A stretch of 64,000 nt of DNA. It comes from Octopus sinensis (Eukaryota). The DNA is taken from the NCBI RefSeq assembly GCF_006345805.1, contig NC_043021.1, forward strand, positions 3,348,001 through 3,412,000, written 5' to 3'. The position numbers and the translations under genes are program-made. This document shows positions 1 through 11,050 of the stretch, piece by piece (position 1 is the first letter of the stretch; every line of letters starts with the position of its first letter). The notes under the pieces are model-generated. The model was not told the origin of the DNA. It made no database searches and worked only from the letters and a program-made list of their open reading frames with translations.

Positions 1-416
1 ACACGTTTGCTCTGTACCTACAATCTTAGAATTTCGTCTCCCCGATTTTCTTTTTTTTATTAAAAAAAAAACAAACTAATTAATTTTTGTCTTAACAGTT
101 GAGCCTACAAACCGCATAATCCTCATAAAAGGCTGCAGTTTCGCACTTCCTCCTTGAAAAACACATTTTTTGGAAAAAAAAACATTTTGGTAAAATTTTC
201 TTAACCAAAATTTGTTCGGATTCCTACGTTTTAGATTATAAGAGATTACGAATATGTAAAAAAAATTTTTTTTTATTTCACCCTCACCCCAACAATTAAA
301 ATTTTTGATTGTTTACTTTAAAGAAATTGGAGCGAAATGACGAACTTATACAAATCGAAATTAAATACAGACAAAACATCAAAGTGAAGAGAATGTGCGT
401 TTTACTTCCTGTTTGC

Positions 417-770
417 CAAGTAGCTTGCTTACCAACCACATGGTTCCAGGTTCATTCCCACTGCGTGGCACCTTGGGCAAGTGTCTTCTACTATAGCCAC
501 GGGTCGACCAAGGCCTTATGAGTGGATTTGGTAGACAGAAACTGAAAGAAGCCCGTTGCGTATATGTATGTGTGTGTTTGTCCCCCTAGCATTGCATGAC
601 AACCGATGCTGGTGTGTTTACGTCCCCGTAACTTAGCGGTTCGGCAAAAGGGACCGATAGAATAAGTACTAGGCTTCCAAAGAATAAGTCCCGGGGTCGA
701 TTTGCTCGACTAAAGGCGGTGCTCCAGCATGGCCGCAGTCAAATGAGTGAAACAAGTAAAGGAGTAATTA
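417..770 (+). mobile_element. SINE family A, 5'-truncated
   Basis: Aligns to 2605-2993. Confidence 0.85.
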
Positions 771-1089
771 AATGTAAATTGAATATACACCATTTTATGA
801 GAAACAAACAATGTTTAATAATTAATGTTATAAAGTTTAATAAGGGACTCAAATTTCACTCCTCCCCAATTTTAAATCTCTTATCTATTTTTTCCTGTCC
901 GTTTATTGTTGTTGTGACCCCCTTCGGTCATGAATGACCATGGGATTGCACCTAGAAAGTTACCCTCCGTGGCACAAGGAAGACCAGCAGTCGCCCATGC
1001 ATACCAACCTCCATTTTCCATGTCATTGATGTTATCCAAGGGAAAGGCAAAGGTCGATACTGCTTGGCACCAGTGACATCACAACTCAT

Positions 1090-1530
1090 TATTAACGTGC
1101 AAATGGCACACAGACACGTGTACCCTTAGCGTAGTTCTCGGGGAGAGTCAGCGTGACACAGAGTGTGACAAGGCTGGCCCTTTTGAAATACAGGTACAAC
1201 AGAAACAGGAAGTAAGAGTGAGAGAAAGTTGTGGTGTAACAAGAACTGGGATCGATTCATTCGGTTGCAGTCTTAATCCCCGGAACGAGTACAAGATAGC
1301 CAAGGCCTTTATTGTATACTTACTACGTTTATTGGGGGAGGGGGTGATCCCTGCTGTACTCTTTCACCACAACTTTTTCTCACTCTTACTTCCTGTTTCT
1401 GTTGTACCTGTATTTCAAAGGGCCGGCCTTGTCCTTCTCTGTGTCACGCTGAATAACCCCGAGAACTACGTTAAGGGTAGAAGTGTCTGTGGAGAGCTCA
1501 GCCACTTACACGTTAATTTCACGACTCAAT
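1090..1530. mobile_element. Two partial family B SINE fragments in opposite orientation
   Basis: Minus piece about 1090-1245, plus piece about 1340-1530. Confidence 0.75.
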
Positions 1531-2160
1531 TTAACTGTGTGTAGAAATTATTTCTAACAGGCTGGATGCTCTTGTTCTTATCTTTGTTGTTATCGAGGAG
1601 ACAACTGCACTAACTTCGAAATTATGAGAGTTCTCTCCCTTGCACCCTCCGAGAAAATTTTTTATTAACGTTATTGATTTGTTTTCTATTAATTGAAGAA
1701 ATTATAACAATTTCAATTAATTAATGTTCGCAGTATTACCTGGAAACGAAAACCAAAAAAAAAAATATAGTGTGATGGGTGTAAAAAGAAGTGTATGAAG
1801 CGAATATGAAAACAAAAATGTGTGCAAACCAACCGGGGTGGGAGGAGAGGGCTTTCGGAAAATTCACAAGATCCTAGTTTTTTTCCTTGTAGCTCTGAGG
1901 AAAATGGATATCTTTGAATGAAATTTTATATAGATACCTTTCAAACCCCGCATACCTTTCTATTCAAACAAAATACTGAGCCTGAAAAAGTGTATTGTTC
2001 GACTCGCAATGTAACCTGGCTACTTCAAACAATATGTCGCTCGGTTTCCTTTCATACGGGCTATCTCACTGCCAACCCAGCGACTTCGTAAGTTTCTTTT
2101 GGAGGCTGCAAGACTATACCCATGTTCCTGATGACACAGAAGAAATGTATACCAGTTCTA

Positions 2161-2410
2161 GCTTTCTTTCGATATAACTCGACAAAAATCAAAACACTTC
2201 ACTTCGGGTATTTCCGGGGAAGCAAATGACAGTTCGATTCTGTTTTCTGCTTGGAAATTTGCGGATTTTACTTAGACACATGAAACAGGTAAGAACGAAT
2301 ATGCAAGGCTTTTTTTTTTCTTCAAGTTTAAAATGAAACATTGACTTCACAACCCACGGAAATATCCGAAGTGAAATGTCTCGACCATGTCAAGCTATAT
2401 CGAAGGAATG
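2161..2410. repeat. Small inverted-repeat element (arms about 2161-2228 and 2340-2410)
   Basis: ttcgatataactcgaca..ttcacttcgggtatttccg vs cggaaatatccgaagtgaaa..tgtcaagctatatcgaa. Confidence 0.6.
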
Positions 2411-2604
2411 CCCCAGTTCTTAATGTCGTTCACCCATAACTCCTTAAAAATACGTTGATGGTTTGCATTAGGAAATAGAAAACGGTGCTATACTTATTCT
2501 ATCGGTTTCTTTTGCCACTAAGTGACGGGAAACGTAAAGAAACCAGCATCTGTTGTGAAGATGTGGTGGGGATAAATACCAAGATAAAATAGATTACATA
2601 CATA

Positions 2605-2993
2605 GGCGCAGGAGTGGCTGTGTGGTAAGTAGCTTGCTTACAAACCACATGGTTCCGGGTTCAGTCCCACTGCGTGGCACCTTGGGCAAGTGTCTTCTAC
2701 TATAGCCTCGGGCCGACCAAAGCCTTGTGAGTGGATTTGGTAGACGGAAACTGAAAGAAGCCCGTCGTATATATGTATATATATATGTGTGTGTCTGTGT
2801 TTGTCCCCCTAGTATTGCTTGATAACCGATGCTGGTGTGTTTACGCCTCCGTCACTTAGCGGTTCGGCAAAAGAGACCGATAGAATAAGTACTAGGCTTA
2901 CAAAGAATAAGTCTAGGGGTCGAGTTGCTGGGTTAAAGGTGGTGCTCCAGCATGGCCGCAGTCAAATGACTGAAACAAGTAAAGGATAAAGAG
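2605..2993 (+). mobile_element. tRNA-derived SINE family A (head GGCGCAGGAGTGGCTGTGTGG, internal (TA/TG)n, tail AAAGAGT), near full length
   Basis: A/B boxes, ccttgggcaagt core-like segment; ~20 copies in the window. Confidence 0.9.
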
Positions 2994-3213
2994 TACATAC
3001 GCACGCGCGTGTGTGTGTGTATACACTACAACGCACACGCGATAGGCTTCGTTCAATTTCCATTTACCAAATCCAGTCACAAGTATAATGGAAGAATTTT
3101 GCCCAAGCTGCTGTGTAGTAAAACTGAACCTGAAACCACGTGAATGGGAAACAGATTTCTTACCACACAGCCACACCTGAACATCTTTTGATTAATTTTA
3201 TTAGCATCGTTTA

Positions 3214-3600
3214 GCTGGCAGAATCGTTAGCGCGCCGGGTGAAATGCTTGGCGGTATTTCGTCTGCCGTTACGTTGCGAGTTCAAATTCCGCCGAGGTCG
3301 ACTTTGCCTTTCATCCTTTCGATGTCGATTAAATAAGTACCAGTTACGCACTGGGGTCGATATCATCGACTCAATCCGTTTGTCTGTCCTTGTTTGTCCT
3401 CTCTGTGCTTAGCCCCTTGTGGGTAGTAAAGAAATAGTTATTTCGTCTGCCGTTACGTTCTGAGTTCAAATTCCGCCGAGGTCGACTTTGCCTTTCATCC
3501 TTTCGGGGTCGATAAATTAAGTACCAGTTGCATACTGGGGTCGATCTAATCGACTGCTCCGCCTCCCCCAGAATTTCGGGCTTTGTGCCTAGAGTAGAAA
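3214..3600 (+). mobile_element. SINE family D with a partial second body
   Basis: gagttcaaattccgccgaggtcgactttgcctttcatcctttcggggtcgataaattaagtaccag present twice. Confidence 0.85.
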
Positions 3601-3768
3601 AGATTATTTATCGATCTCCAAAATGTAGTTGACCTCGCCAAGATTTGAACAGAGAACCCATAGAAACTAGATCAAAACATCGCAAAGGTCATTCCAACAA
3701 TTTTGTCGATTCGTTGCCAAGAATGGTGGTTTCTGATGGTGCAGAATAGATTACTAGTAGATGAGAAA

Positions 3769-4532
3769 GGCGGCGAGCTGGCAGAAACGTTAGCACGTTG
3801 GGCGAAATGCTTACGTTGTGAGTTCAAATTCCGCTGAGGTCGACTTTGCCTTTCATCCTTTCGGGGTCGATAAATTAAGTACCAGTAATGCACTGGTGTC
3901 GATGTAATCGTTGCCAAGAATGGTGATTTCTGATGGTGCAGAAACGTTAGCACGTCGGGCGAAATGCTTACGTTGTGAGTTCAAATTCCGCCGAGGTCGA
4001 CTTTGCCTTTCATCCTTTCGGGGTCGATAAATTAAGTACCAGTAATGCACTGGGTCGATGTAATCGATTTAATCCCTTTGTCTGTCCTTGTTTGTCCCCC
4101 TCTAGGTTTAGCCCCTTACTCTTTACTCTTTTACTTGTTTCAGTCTTTTGACTGCGGCCATGCTGGAGCACCGCCTTTAGTCGAGCAAATCGACCCCGGG
4201 ACTTATTCTTTGTAAGCCCAGTACTTATTGTATCGGTCTCTTTTGCCGAACCGCTAAGTGACGGGGGACGTAAACACACCAGCATCGGTTCTCAAGCAAT
4301 GCTAGGGGGACAAACACACACACACACATTATATATATACGACAGGCTTCTTTCAGTTTCCGTCTACCAAATCCACTCACAAGGCATTGGTCGGCCCGGG
4401 GCTATAGCAGAAGACACTTGCCCAAGATGCCACGCAGTGGGACTGAACCTGGAACCATGCGGTTGGTTAGCAAGCTACTTACCACACAGCCACTCCTGCG
4501 CCACTCCCCTTGTGGGTAATAAAGAATTATAT
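3769..4532 (+). mobile_element. tRNA-derived SINE family D (head GGCGGCGAGCTGGCAG) with an internal duplication and a nested family A copy
   Basis: 16-bp TSD tagtagatgagaaagg at 3755 and 4533. Confidence 0.8.
4118..4502 (-). mobile_element. SINE family A nested in a family D SINE
   Basis: Full length; cccctt duplicated at both ends. Confidence 0.88.
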
Positions 4533-4974
4533 TAGTAGATGAGAAAGGTGAGGGGAGGAAGAAAATAAGAATAAGACAGATGGTAAAGGTGGTGGGACGA
4601 CATGTGTCGCGAGTTGGTCTGCGGTCAAAGAGAAACGCTAGTAATGTAAAAGAATAAGAAAGAAGGGGGGGAAAAACGGTTAAGAAGGGAAAAGAAACCA
4701 AAGAATGATTAATATGAACCAGATTGCCAAATTTCAGTAGAAGGGGATTGTAGGGGCTGCTTAACTGTCAGCGAGGGTTTCCTCTACGAGTACAAGAGAC
4801 GCTCGTTAAATATGATACTGTCGCCTCTCCCTATCTGAAAGGTGAAAAGGCCAGTGTTTCTAACCTCAAAGGAAGGAAGATAATGGTTTAACTGGAGCCA
4901 TGGAAGGAGGAGCTTTCGGCACGGTCGTTCGACGTGCTAGAAACAGTAGCTAAATCTCTTAATCTATATAATTT

Positions 4975-5420
4975 GTAGTTTATTCTCTTATTCTTTTACT
5001 TGTTTCAGTCATTTGACTGCGGCTATGCTGGAGTACCACCTTAAAGGGTTTTAGTCGAACAAATCGACCCCCCCAGGACTTATTCTTTGTAAGCCTAGTA
5101 CTTATTCGATCGTCTCCTTTTTGCCGAACCGATAAGTTACGGGGACGTAAACACACCAGCATCGGTTGTCAAGCAATGGGGGTAGGGGGCGCAAACACAA
5201 AGACACATAAATGTATACATACATACACACACATACATGTGTGTTTGTCTCCCCGCCATCGTCTGACAACCGATGTTGGTTTGTATACGTCCCCGTAATC
5301 TAGCGGTTCGGCAAGACAGACCGATAGAATAAGCACTAGGCTTACAAAGAATAAGTCCTGGGGTCGATTTGTTCGACCAAAGGTGGTGCGCCAGCATGGT
5401 CGCAGTCAACTGAAACAAAA
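4975..5420. mobile_element. Two partial family A SINE 3' halves, back to back
   Basis: Minus piece about 4975-5225, plus piece about 5225-5420. Confidence 0.75.
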
Positions 5421-6019
5421 GAATATATATATATATATATATGTATATATAAATATTATGTTTTGTATTAAAAATAATTTAAATGGCGGTGCCCCAGCAT
5501 GGCCACAGCTCATGAGCTGAAACTAGAATCAATCAATCAACCGATGTTGATCAAAAGTTATCTCCATTTTTTGCGAATTTGAAATTGATTACTGATAAAC
5601 TTTTGTTTATTCTGTTATTACCTGTACCCTATGAGCATCGTGTGCTTGCATACCCCTGCCCAGGGTTAACATAAGTAAATGATATCGGCAGTAAGAACGG
5701 ATACACTTATCCTTTAGACGGTTATTCCAACCGTTAGCTCTGCTTACCACACAAACGTAGTTCTCGAGGAGATTCAGCGTGACACACAGTGTGACAAAAC
5801 TGACCCTTTGAAATACAGGTACTACTCATTTTTGCCAGCTGAGTGGACTGGAGCAACGTGAAATAAAGTGTCTTGCTCAAGGACACAACGCGCCGCCGGG
5901 AATTGAACTCACAACCTTACGATCACGAGCCGAATGCCCCTAACCACTAAGCCACGCGCCTTCACTTACATACATACATACTGACTATGGCCCGTTAAGT
6001 CTGGTTGTTAGCTATTCCT

Positions 6020-6308
6020 TTTTGGATCGTCTGGCACCTGTGTCGGTGGCACATAAGAAAAACACCGAAAACACCATATCCGAGCGTGGCCGTCTGCCAG
6101 CCTCGTCTGGCACCTGTGTCGGTGGCACATAAAATCACCCACTACACTCTCGGAGTGGTTGGCGTTAGGAAGGGCATCCAGCTGTAGAAACACTGCCAGA
6201 TCTGACTGGCCTGGTGTAGCCTTCGGGCTTGCCAGACCCCAGTTGAACCGTCCAACCCATGCTAGCATGGAAAGCGGACGTTAAACGATGATGATGATGA
6301 TGATGATG
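6020..6308 (+). mobile_element. Retroposon family C with (GAT)n 3' tail; further copies at about 34091-34345 (-), 37576-37755 (-), 46994-47310 (-), 48880-49338 (+), 52545-52790 (+), 54610-54910 (-) and 55310-55592 (-)
   Basis: ggcatccagc.gtagaaac..ccgtccaacccatgc.agcatggaaagcggacgttaaacg(atg)n; the tail type matches the RTE fragment at 50.9 kb. Confidence 0.85.
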
Positions 6309-6310
6309 AA

Positions 6311-7200
6311 TGGACCGCACAAATCTACCACCCACAGGCCAACAGATTAGTGGAGAGATTTCACTGCCACCTGAAGGAATAGATGACAACCAGACTTAGC
6401 GGACCAAATTGGATTGACAAACTCCCATGGGTGATGCTGGGAATCCTCATCGACCCAAAAGAAAATCTCAACACTTCCTCCGCGGAAATGGTGTATGATG
6501 CCCCTCTTACAGTGCCAAGAGAGTTCCTTCCGAATACGAAGTTGGACTCGAATGTCAAAAGGTACCTCGCTCAACTGAGGGACAGCGTGGCCCAGTTGCG
6601 CCCTGTCCCCATGTCGACACACGGTACATCCAGATCATCCGTACCAAATGACCTCCGCACGGCTTAACTTTGTGTTTGTTCGATGTGACACACGGCGAAA
6701 ACCCCTCCAGGCACCCTACGATGGTCCATATCAAGTCATACATCCGGGAGATAAATCACTCCAACTCCTAATCGGCGGACGACAAGACAGTCTCCATCGA
6801 TAGGTTGAAACCTGCCCGTCTCGATATTGATAGCCCCGTTCAGGTAGCCCAGCCACCAAACGGGCCGCCGCGGCCATATCATACCAACCCTTGACAAGGA
6901 ACAGTCATCAAAGAACCGAGTAACCACATGCATGGGCAGGACAATTAAAACGCCTTCCCGGTTCCAATGACAGTCAACAGTTATGGAGTGGGGAGCTGGA
7001 TTCATGACAGACTAGACTGTAGACAGGAACTTTGATGCGGGTTAACTAGGGAGGAAGTCATACATCCGGGAGCTATGGGGCAAGAATTAAAGTCACAAAT
7101 GAATGCAAATGAGAGAATCTAAACGATAAACAGGTGCAAACAAATCTGAATTCAAAACAATTGTGGAAATCACAACACCTAACGGTAGATATTGGAACTA
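6311..7200 (+). mobile_element. Gypsy LTR retrotransposon remnant: integrase C-terminal half, pol end and probable PPT/LTR
   Basis: YHPQANRLVERFH..WIDKLPWVMLG..AEMVY; pol ends GRTIKTPSRFQ* at 6970; purine-rich ggagtggggag follows; stops and frameshifts present. Confidence 0.85.
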
Positions 7201-7705
7201 CCAATGCAATATGAGTTCCGTCATTCCACTGCTTTGAGGTGAATTGGGAACCCCGATTGGATGAGATGCTGTCTGGGACACCGAAACGGGCGACCCAGTT
7301 GGCCATGAAGGCTCGGCTGATTTCTTGTGTTTCTGTGCTACGGAGAGGAATAGCCTCGGGCCAGCGGATGTTGCGGTCTACCAAGGTCAGTAGATACGAG
7401 CAACCTTGTGAAGGTGGTAGGGGGTTGACATGGCTGAATCGAGCCAGTAATGGTTCATAGTTGCCGAGGAGTGCTTTGGTGTGTTGATGGACCTTGGGTT
7501 GTTGAAAGGGGATGCAAGTCCTGGTCCAGTCCCCGATTTGCTTGGCCATACCGTGCCAGATAAATTTGCTTGACAGCAGCCGCCGTGTGGCTTTAGTACC
7601 TGGGTGGGGGAAGTCTGTGAATTACGCCGAAAACTTTCTTGCGCCAGGCTGATGGTACGATCGGTCGTGGCTTCCCAGTGGATACGTCATACAGTTTGGT
7701 TATTG
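7201..7705 (-). mobile_element. Gypsy LTR retrotransposon remnant: integrase N-terminal half
   Basis: DVSTGKPRPIVP..WTRTC..KVHQH..RFSHV..YLLTLVDR..RWPEAIPL..WVARFGVPDSISSNRGSQFTS. Confidence 0.9.
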
Positions 7706-7934
7706 AATTAAAAATTTTGAAAACGTGATTTCTTGCATATTCGGAATCTCCATCATCTAAAACATAGGGATAAAAAGTTTCAAAAAAGTTCAAAATTTTA
7801 AGTGGAATTAAAAAAATTTTTTTTTTTTTTTTGCATATTCGTAATCTCCGACATCTTAAACGTAGGAATCCGAAATTTTTTTTTAAAGAAATGCATTTTT
7901 CAAGGAGAGGTGCGAAACTGCATTAGCCCCGAAG

Positions 7935-9300
7935 TTACCGTCAGTAGAGAGTGAAAAAGTAAAGAATGCACGATGCTGACAAGAAAAGAAGAAAGGATAA
8001 AGATGGTACCGTCTTTCTTGCGACCGAAAGGAAAGTGCTGCTCTTGGTCATGGCTGACGCAAAAGAGGTAGAGATGGGAAATGTTCTGTGTTATATAGAC
8101 TATGGTCAGTAATGTAGGTCAAACCCTAAACAAAGGACTGACCTTTCTTTGACCAGCACGGGTGCTTGGTGATCAAGTACTGCCTCATCAATCATCGGGT
8201 GTGGAGAGATTTTCCCGCTTGCTTTGACAAGCAGCAAGCGGGTATATTTGGTTTCAAATCTCAGGCAGGGCGAAGCGAGGTCCCTACACTACAGACATTC
8301 AAAAGGAGAACATTTAGCAGAAACCATGTTATAAAAATAGGTGAACAATGCGTGTGCAGGGAATGTGCAATGCCAGTGGCCAACGAGAAAACCTTTTTTT
8401 TTTATAAAAATATAGAACATTCAAAAACATACGCTTATGAATTTACTTGTTTTAGTAAAATGAAGCGTCGCGGAATTGTTAAGTGTAAACAAATGAAGGT
8501 GTGCAGTGTAAAGAAATCAGAATGAAAATGACAAACTTAGCTAGAAAATGTCCTGGTTTTGAAAGGCTAAAAAAGTAGCGTTTGAAATGCAAAAATATAT
8601 GTATGCAAAAAAAGTTGAAGTCAATGTACAAAAGTTCACGTGACATGCAGGGCTGCGTTTGAGAAGTCAAGAGAACGTTTCATGTGCAGGATCACATCGG
8701 AGTCGCCAATAGCAGCGGGATAAGGTGATGTGCCATATCAATTCGATATGATGTAGCCCAGTACCGAATGTAACGTGTAGATGAAACGCTAAAAGGTTCT
8801 CGCGTCGGACTAATCAGCGAACATCGAAGAATCAACACCAAGAACGAAGAAATATTACTTACATATATTTATTCGTTTGCCCGACATGTAGTTAGAGACA
8901 CAGCAGCAATGTGACAAGGATGGCTCGCTGGTTAGTAGTTGATAGTGTAGTTGCTGTGAGTAGAGACTGAAAGAGTAAAGAATGCACGAAGCTGACTAGA
9001 AAGGAAGAAAGTTATAAAGGTGGTACCGTCTTGCGGCCGAAAGGAAAGTGCTGCTCTTGGTCATGGCTGACGCAAAAGAGCTTGTTGCTCGTTGGTCTGA
9101 CTGACACAAAAGAGGTAGAGATAGGAAATTTCTGTGTTATATAGATTATGGTCAGTAATGTAGGTCAGACCCTAAACAAAGGACTGACCTTTCCTTGACC
9201 AGCACGGGTGCTTGCTTGGTGATCAATCATCTGGTGTGGAGAGGATTTCCCGCTTGTTTTGGTTTCAAATCTCGGGCAGGTCGAAGCGAGGTCGTGCACA
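7935..9300. repeat. Pair of ~350-bp LTR-like direct repeats (about 7935-8290 and 8955-9300)
   Basis: Shared gtaaagaatgcacga..ggtaccgtc..gaaaggaaagtgctgctcttggtcatggctgacgcaaaagag..ggtttcaaatctc.ggcagg.cgaagcgaggtc; TATA-like TCTATATAA on the minus strand. Confidence 0.75.
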
Positions 9301-9576
9301 GATAAAGCTTGTCATAAAAGAAAGGTAAGCGACTTTTTAGTTTATTGAAAAACAAAAAACGAACTGGTGACATGAATGAGAAATTAACCCCCAGCTGCTG
9401 ATTGAAAGATAGGGCACATGCACATATATATATATATACTTACATACCTACAAACAAACACATACAAAAATATATATTGTACATACGTACTCACACTGAA
9501 CTATACATACATATACACAAACACAAAAAATACATAAGCAAACGATTCATGAAAACAAAAATATATATATATATTG

Positions 9577-9700
9577 TTGGCGATTTTTTTTCCCTCTGTC
9601 TTCCTTTTCTCTTGGACTTTATCTATATCTCCTATTTCCGAAGAAGAGCTTCGCTCGAAACGTAAAATAACCTTTCTTTCATTGCTCGAGCGTCTAGTTC
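9577..9700 (+). mobile_element. Penelope-type non-autonomous fragment carrying a minimal type I hammerhead motif (9633-9669)
   Basis: TATTT-CCGAAGA-A-GAGC(TTC)GCTC-GAAA-CG-TA-AAATA; adjacent to a (TA)n tract. Confidence 0.65.
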
Positions 9701-9939
9701 ATACTTTGCATGTACCACGTGCTCGCGTTGTTGTTGTTGTTTTTTTCTTTTTTCCTTGTATTGTTTTATTATGGGTTCGGCTACACTGCATTGATAAAAG
9801 GCAAATACCCTGACACGTGCAGATGCCTAACCAGCGGCTGACCTCCCCTGTTCGAAGGTTATAATGGACACAGGTTCGTGTGTCATACAGCTAGCTAGAG
9901 GCGATGGCCTCTTGGAGCTAATCAACGGCAGCTTTCGCC

Positions 9940-9985
9940 CTATATTTATGGACTGCCATATTAGCTTGGCAGTCCATAAATATAG
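9940..9985. repeat. Perfect 19-bp inverted repeat with 8-nt loop
   Basis: ctatatttatggactgcca-tattagct-tggcagtccataaatatag. Confidence 0.95.
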
Positions 9986-10069
9986 AAAGACTTAGAAATA
10001 ATAATAATAATAATAATATATACATGAGGCAACAACCTCGAAACCGCGGTCCGGTGCGTATCACTTAGG

Positions 10070-10122
<53 letters not shown>

Positions 10123-10409
10123 TAATTATTGTTTTTTATATTGATTGTTGTCTCTGATTTATATCTAAGCAATTTCACTATTTCTTTTACGTCAGTTTTA
10201 CCTGTTAGTCTTTCTTTTAAATATGACGAGTGCTATGCTTCGCTGATGAGGTTACGATACGATCGGAACACGTCCGGAGTTGTTCCACGCGCTTGCTTGT
10301 TTTGCTTCTTGCTTGCTGAAATAATTAAAAACATTAAACATTTGATGTAATGTTATTTTTGATCGTCATAAACAACCAGCGTACCTGAAAAATACCTTCG
10401 TTCTTTAAT

Positions 10410-10722
10410 AGGAGCACTCCGTTGGTTACGACGACGAGGGTCCCAGCTGATACGATCAAAGGAAGAGCTTGCTCGTGAAATTAATGTGCAAGCGGCTGAG
10501 CATTCCACAGACATGCGTACCCTTAACGTAGTTCTCAGGGAGATTCAGCGTGACACAGTGTGTGACATGGTTGGCCCTTTTGAAATACAGGCACTATTCA
10601 TTTTTGCCAGCTGAGTGGACTGGAGCAACGTGAGGTAAAGTGTCTTGCTCAAGGACACAACACGTCACCGGGAAATGAACTTAGGATCGTGAGCCGATTG
10701 CCCTAACCACTAAGCCACGCGC
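10410..10722 (-). mobile_element. SINE family B' (head GCGCGTGGCTTAGTGGTTAGGG, 3' half shared with family B); further copies at about 5754-5960 and 51972-52257
   Basis: Different tRNA head and ttgtgtccttgagcaagacac segment; same gta.ctgtatttcaaa..cacgagc..gacggagtgct tail; ctttaata flanks. Confidence 0.85.
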
Positions 10723-10740
10723 TTTAATAATTCAAAGAAA

Positions 10741-11050
10741 GGCGGCGAGCTGGCAGAAACGTTAGCACGTCGGGCGAAATGCTTAGCGGTATTCCGTCTG
10801 CCGTTACGTTGTGAGTTCAAATTCCGCCGAGGTCGACTTTGCCTTTCATCATTTCAGGGGTCGATAAATTAAGTACCAGTTACGCACTGGGGTCGATATA
10901 ATCGATTTAATCCCTTTGTCTGTCCTCGTGTGTCCCCTCTGTGTTTAGCCCCTTGTGGGTAATAAAGAAATAGGTATTTCGTTTGTCTTTACGTTTTGAG
11001 TTCAAATTCCGCCGGGGTCGACTTTCCTTTTATCCTTTCGGGATCGATAA
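10741..11050 (+). mobile_element. SINE family D with a partial second body
   Basis: Aligns to the family consensus. Confidence 0.85.

Noticed and set aside
7710-7793. Apparent N-terminal extension of the integrase ORF (MNFFETFYPY..)
   Set aside because: Belongs to the adjacent AT-rich foldback-family repeat, not to Gypsy pol
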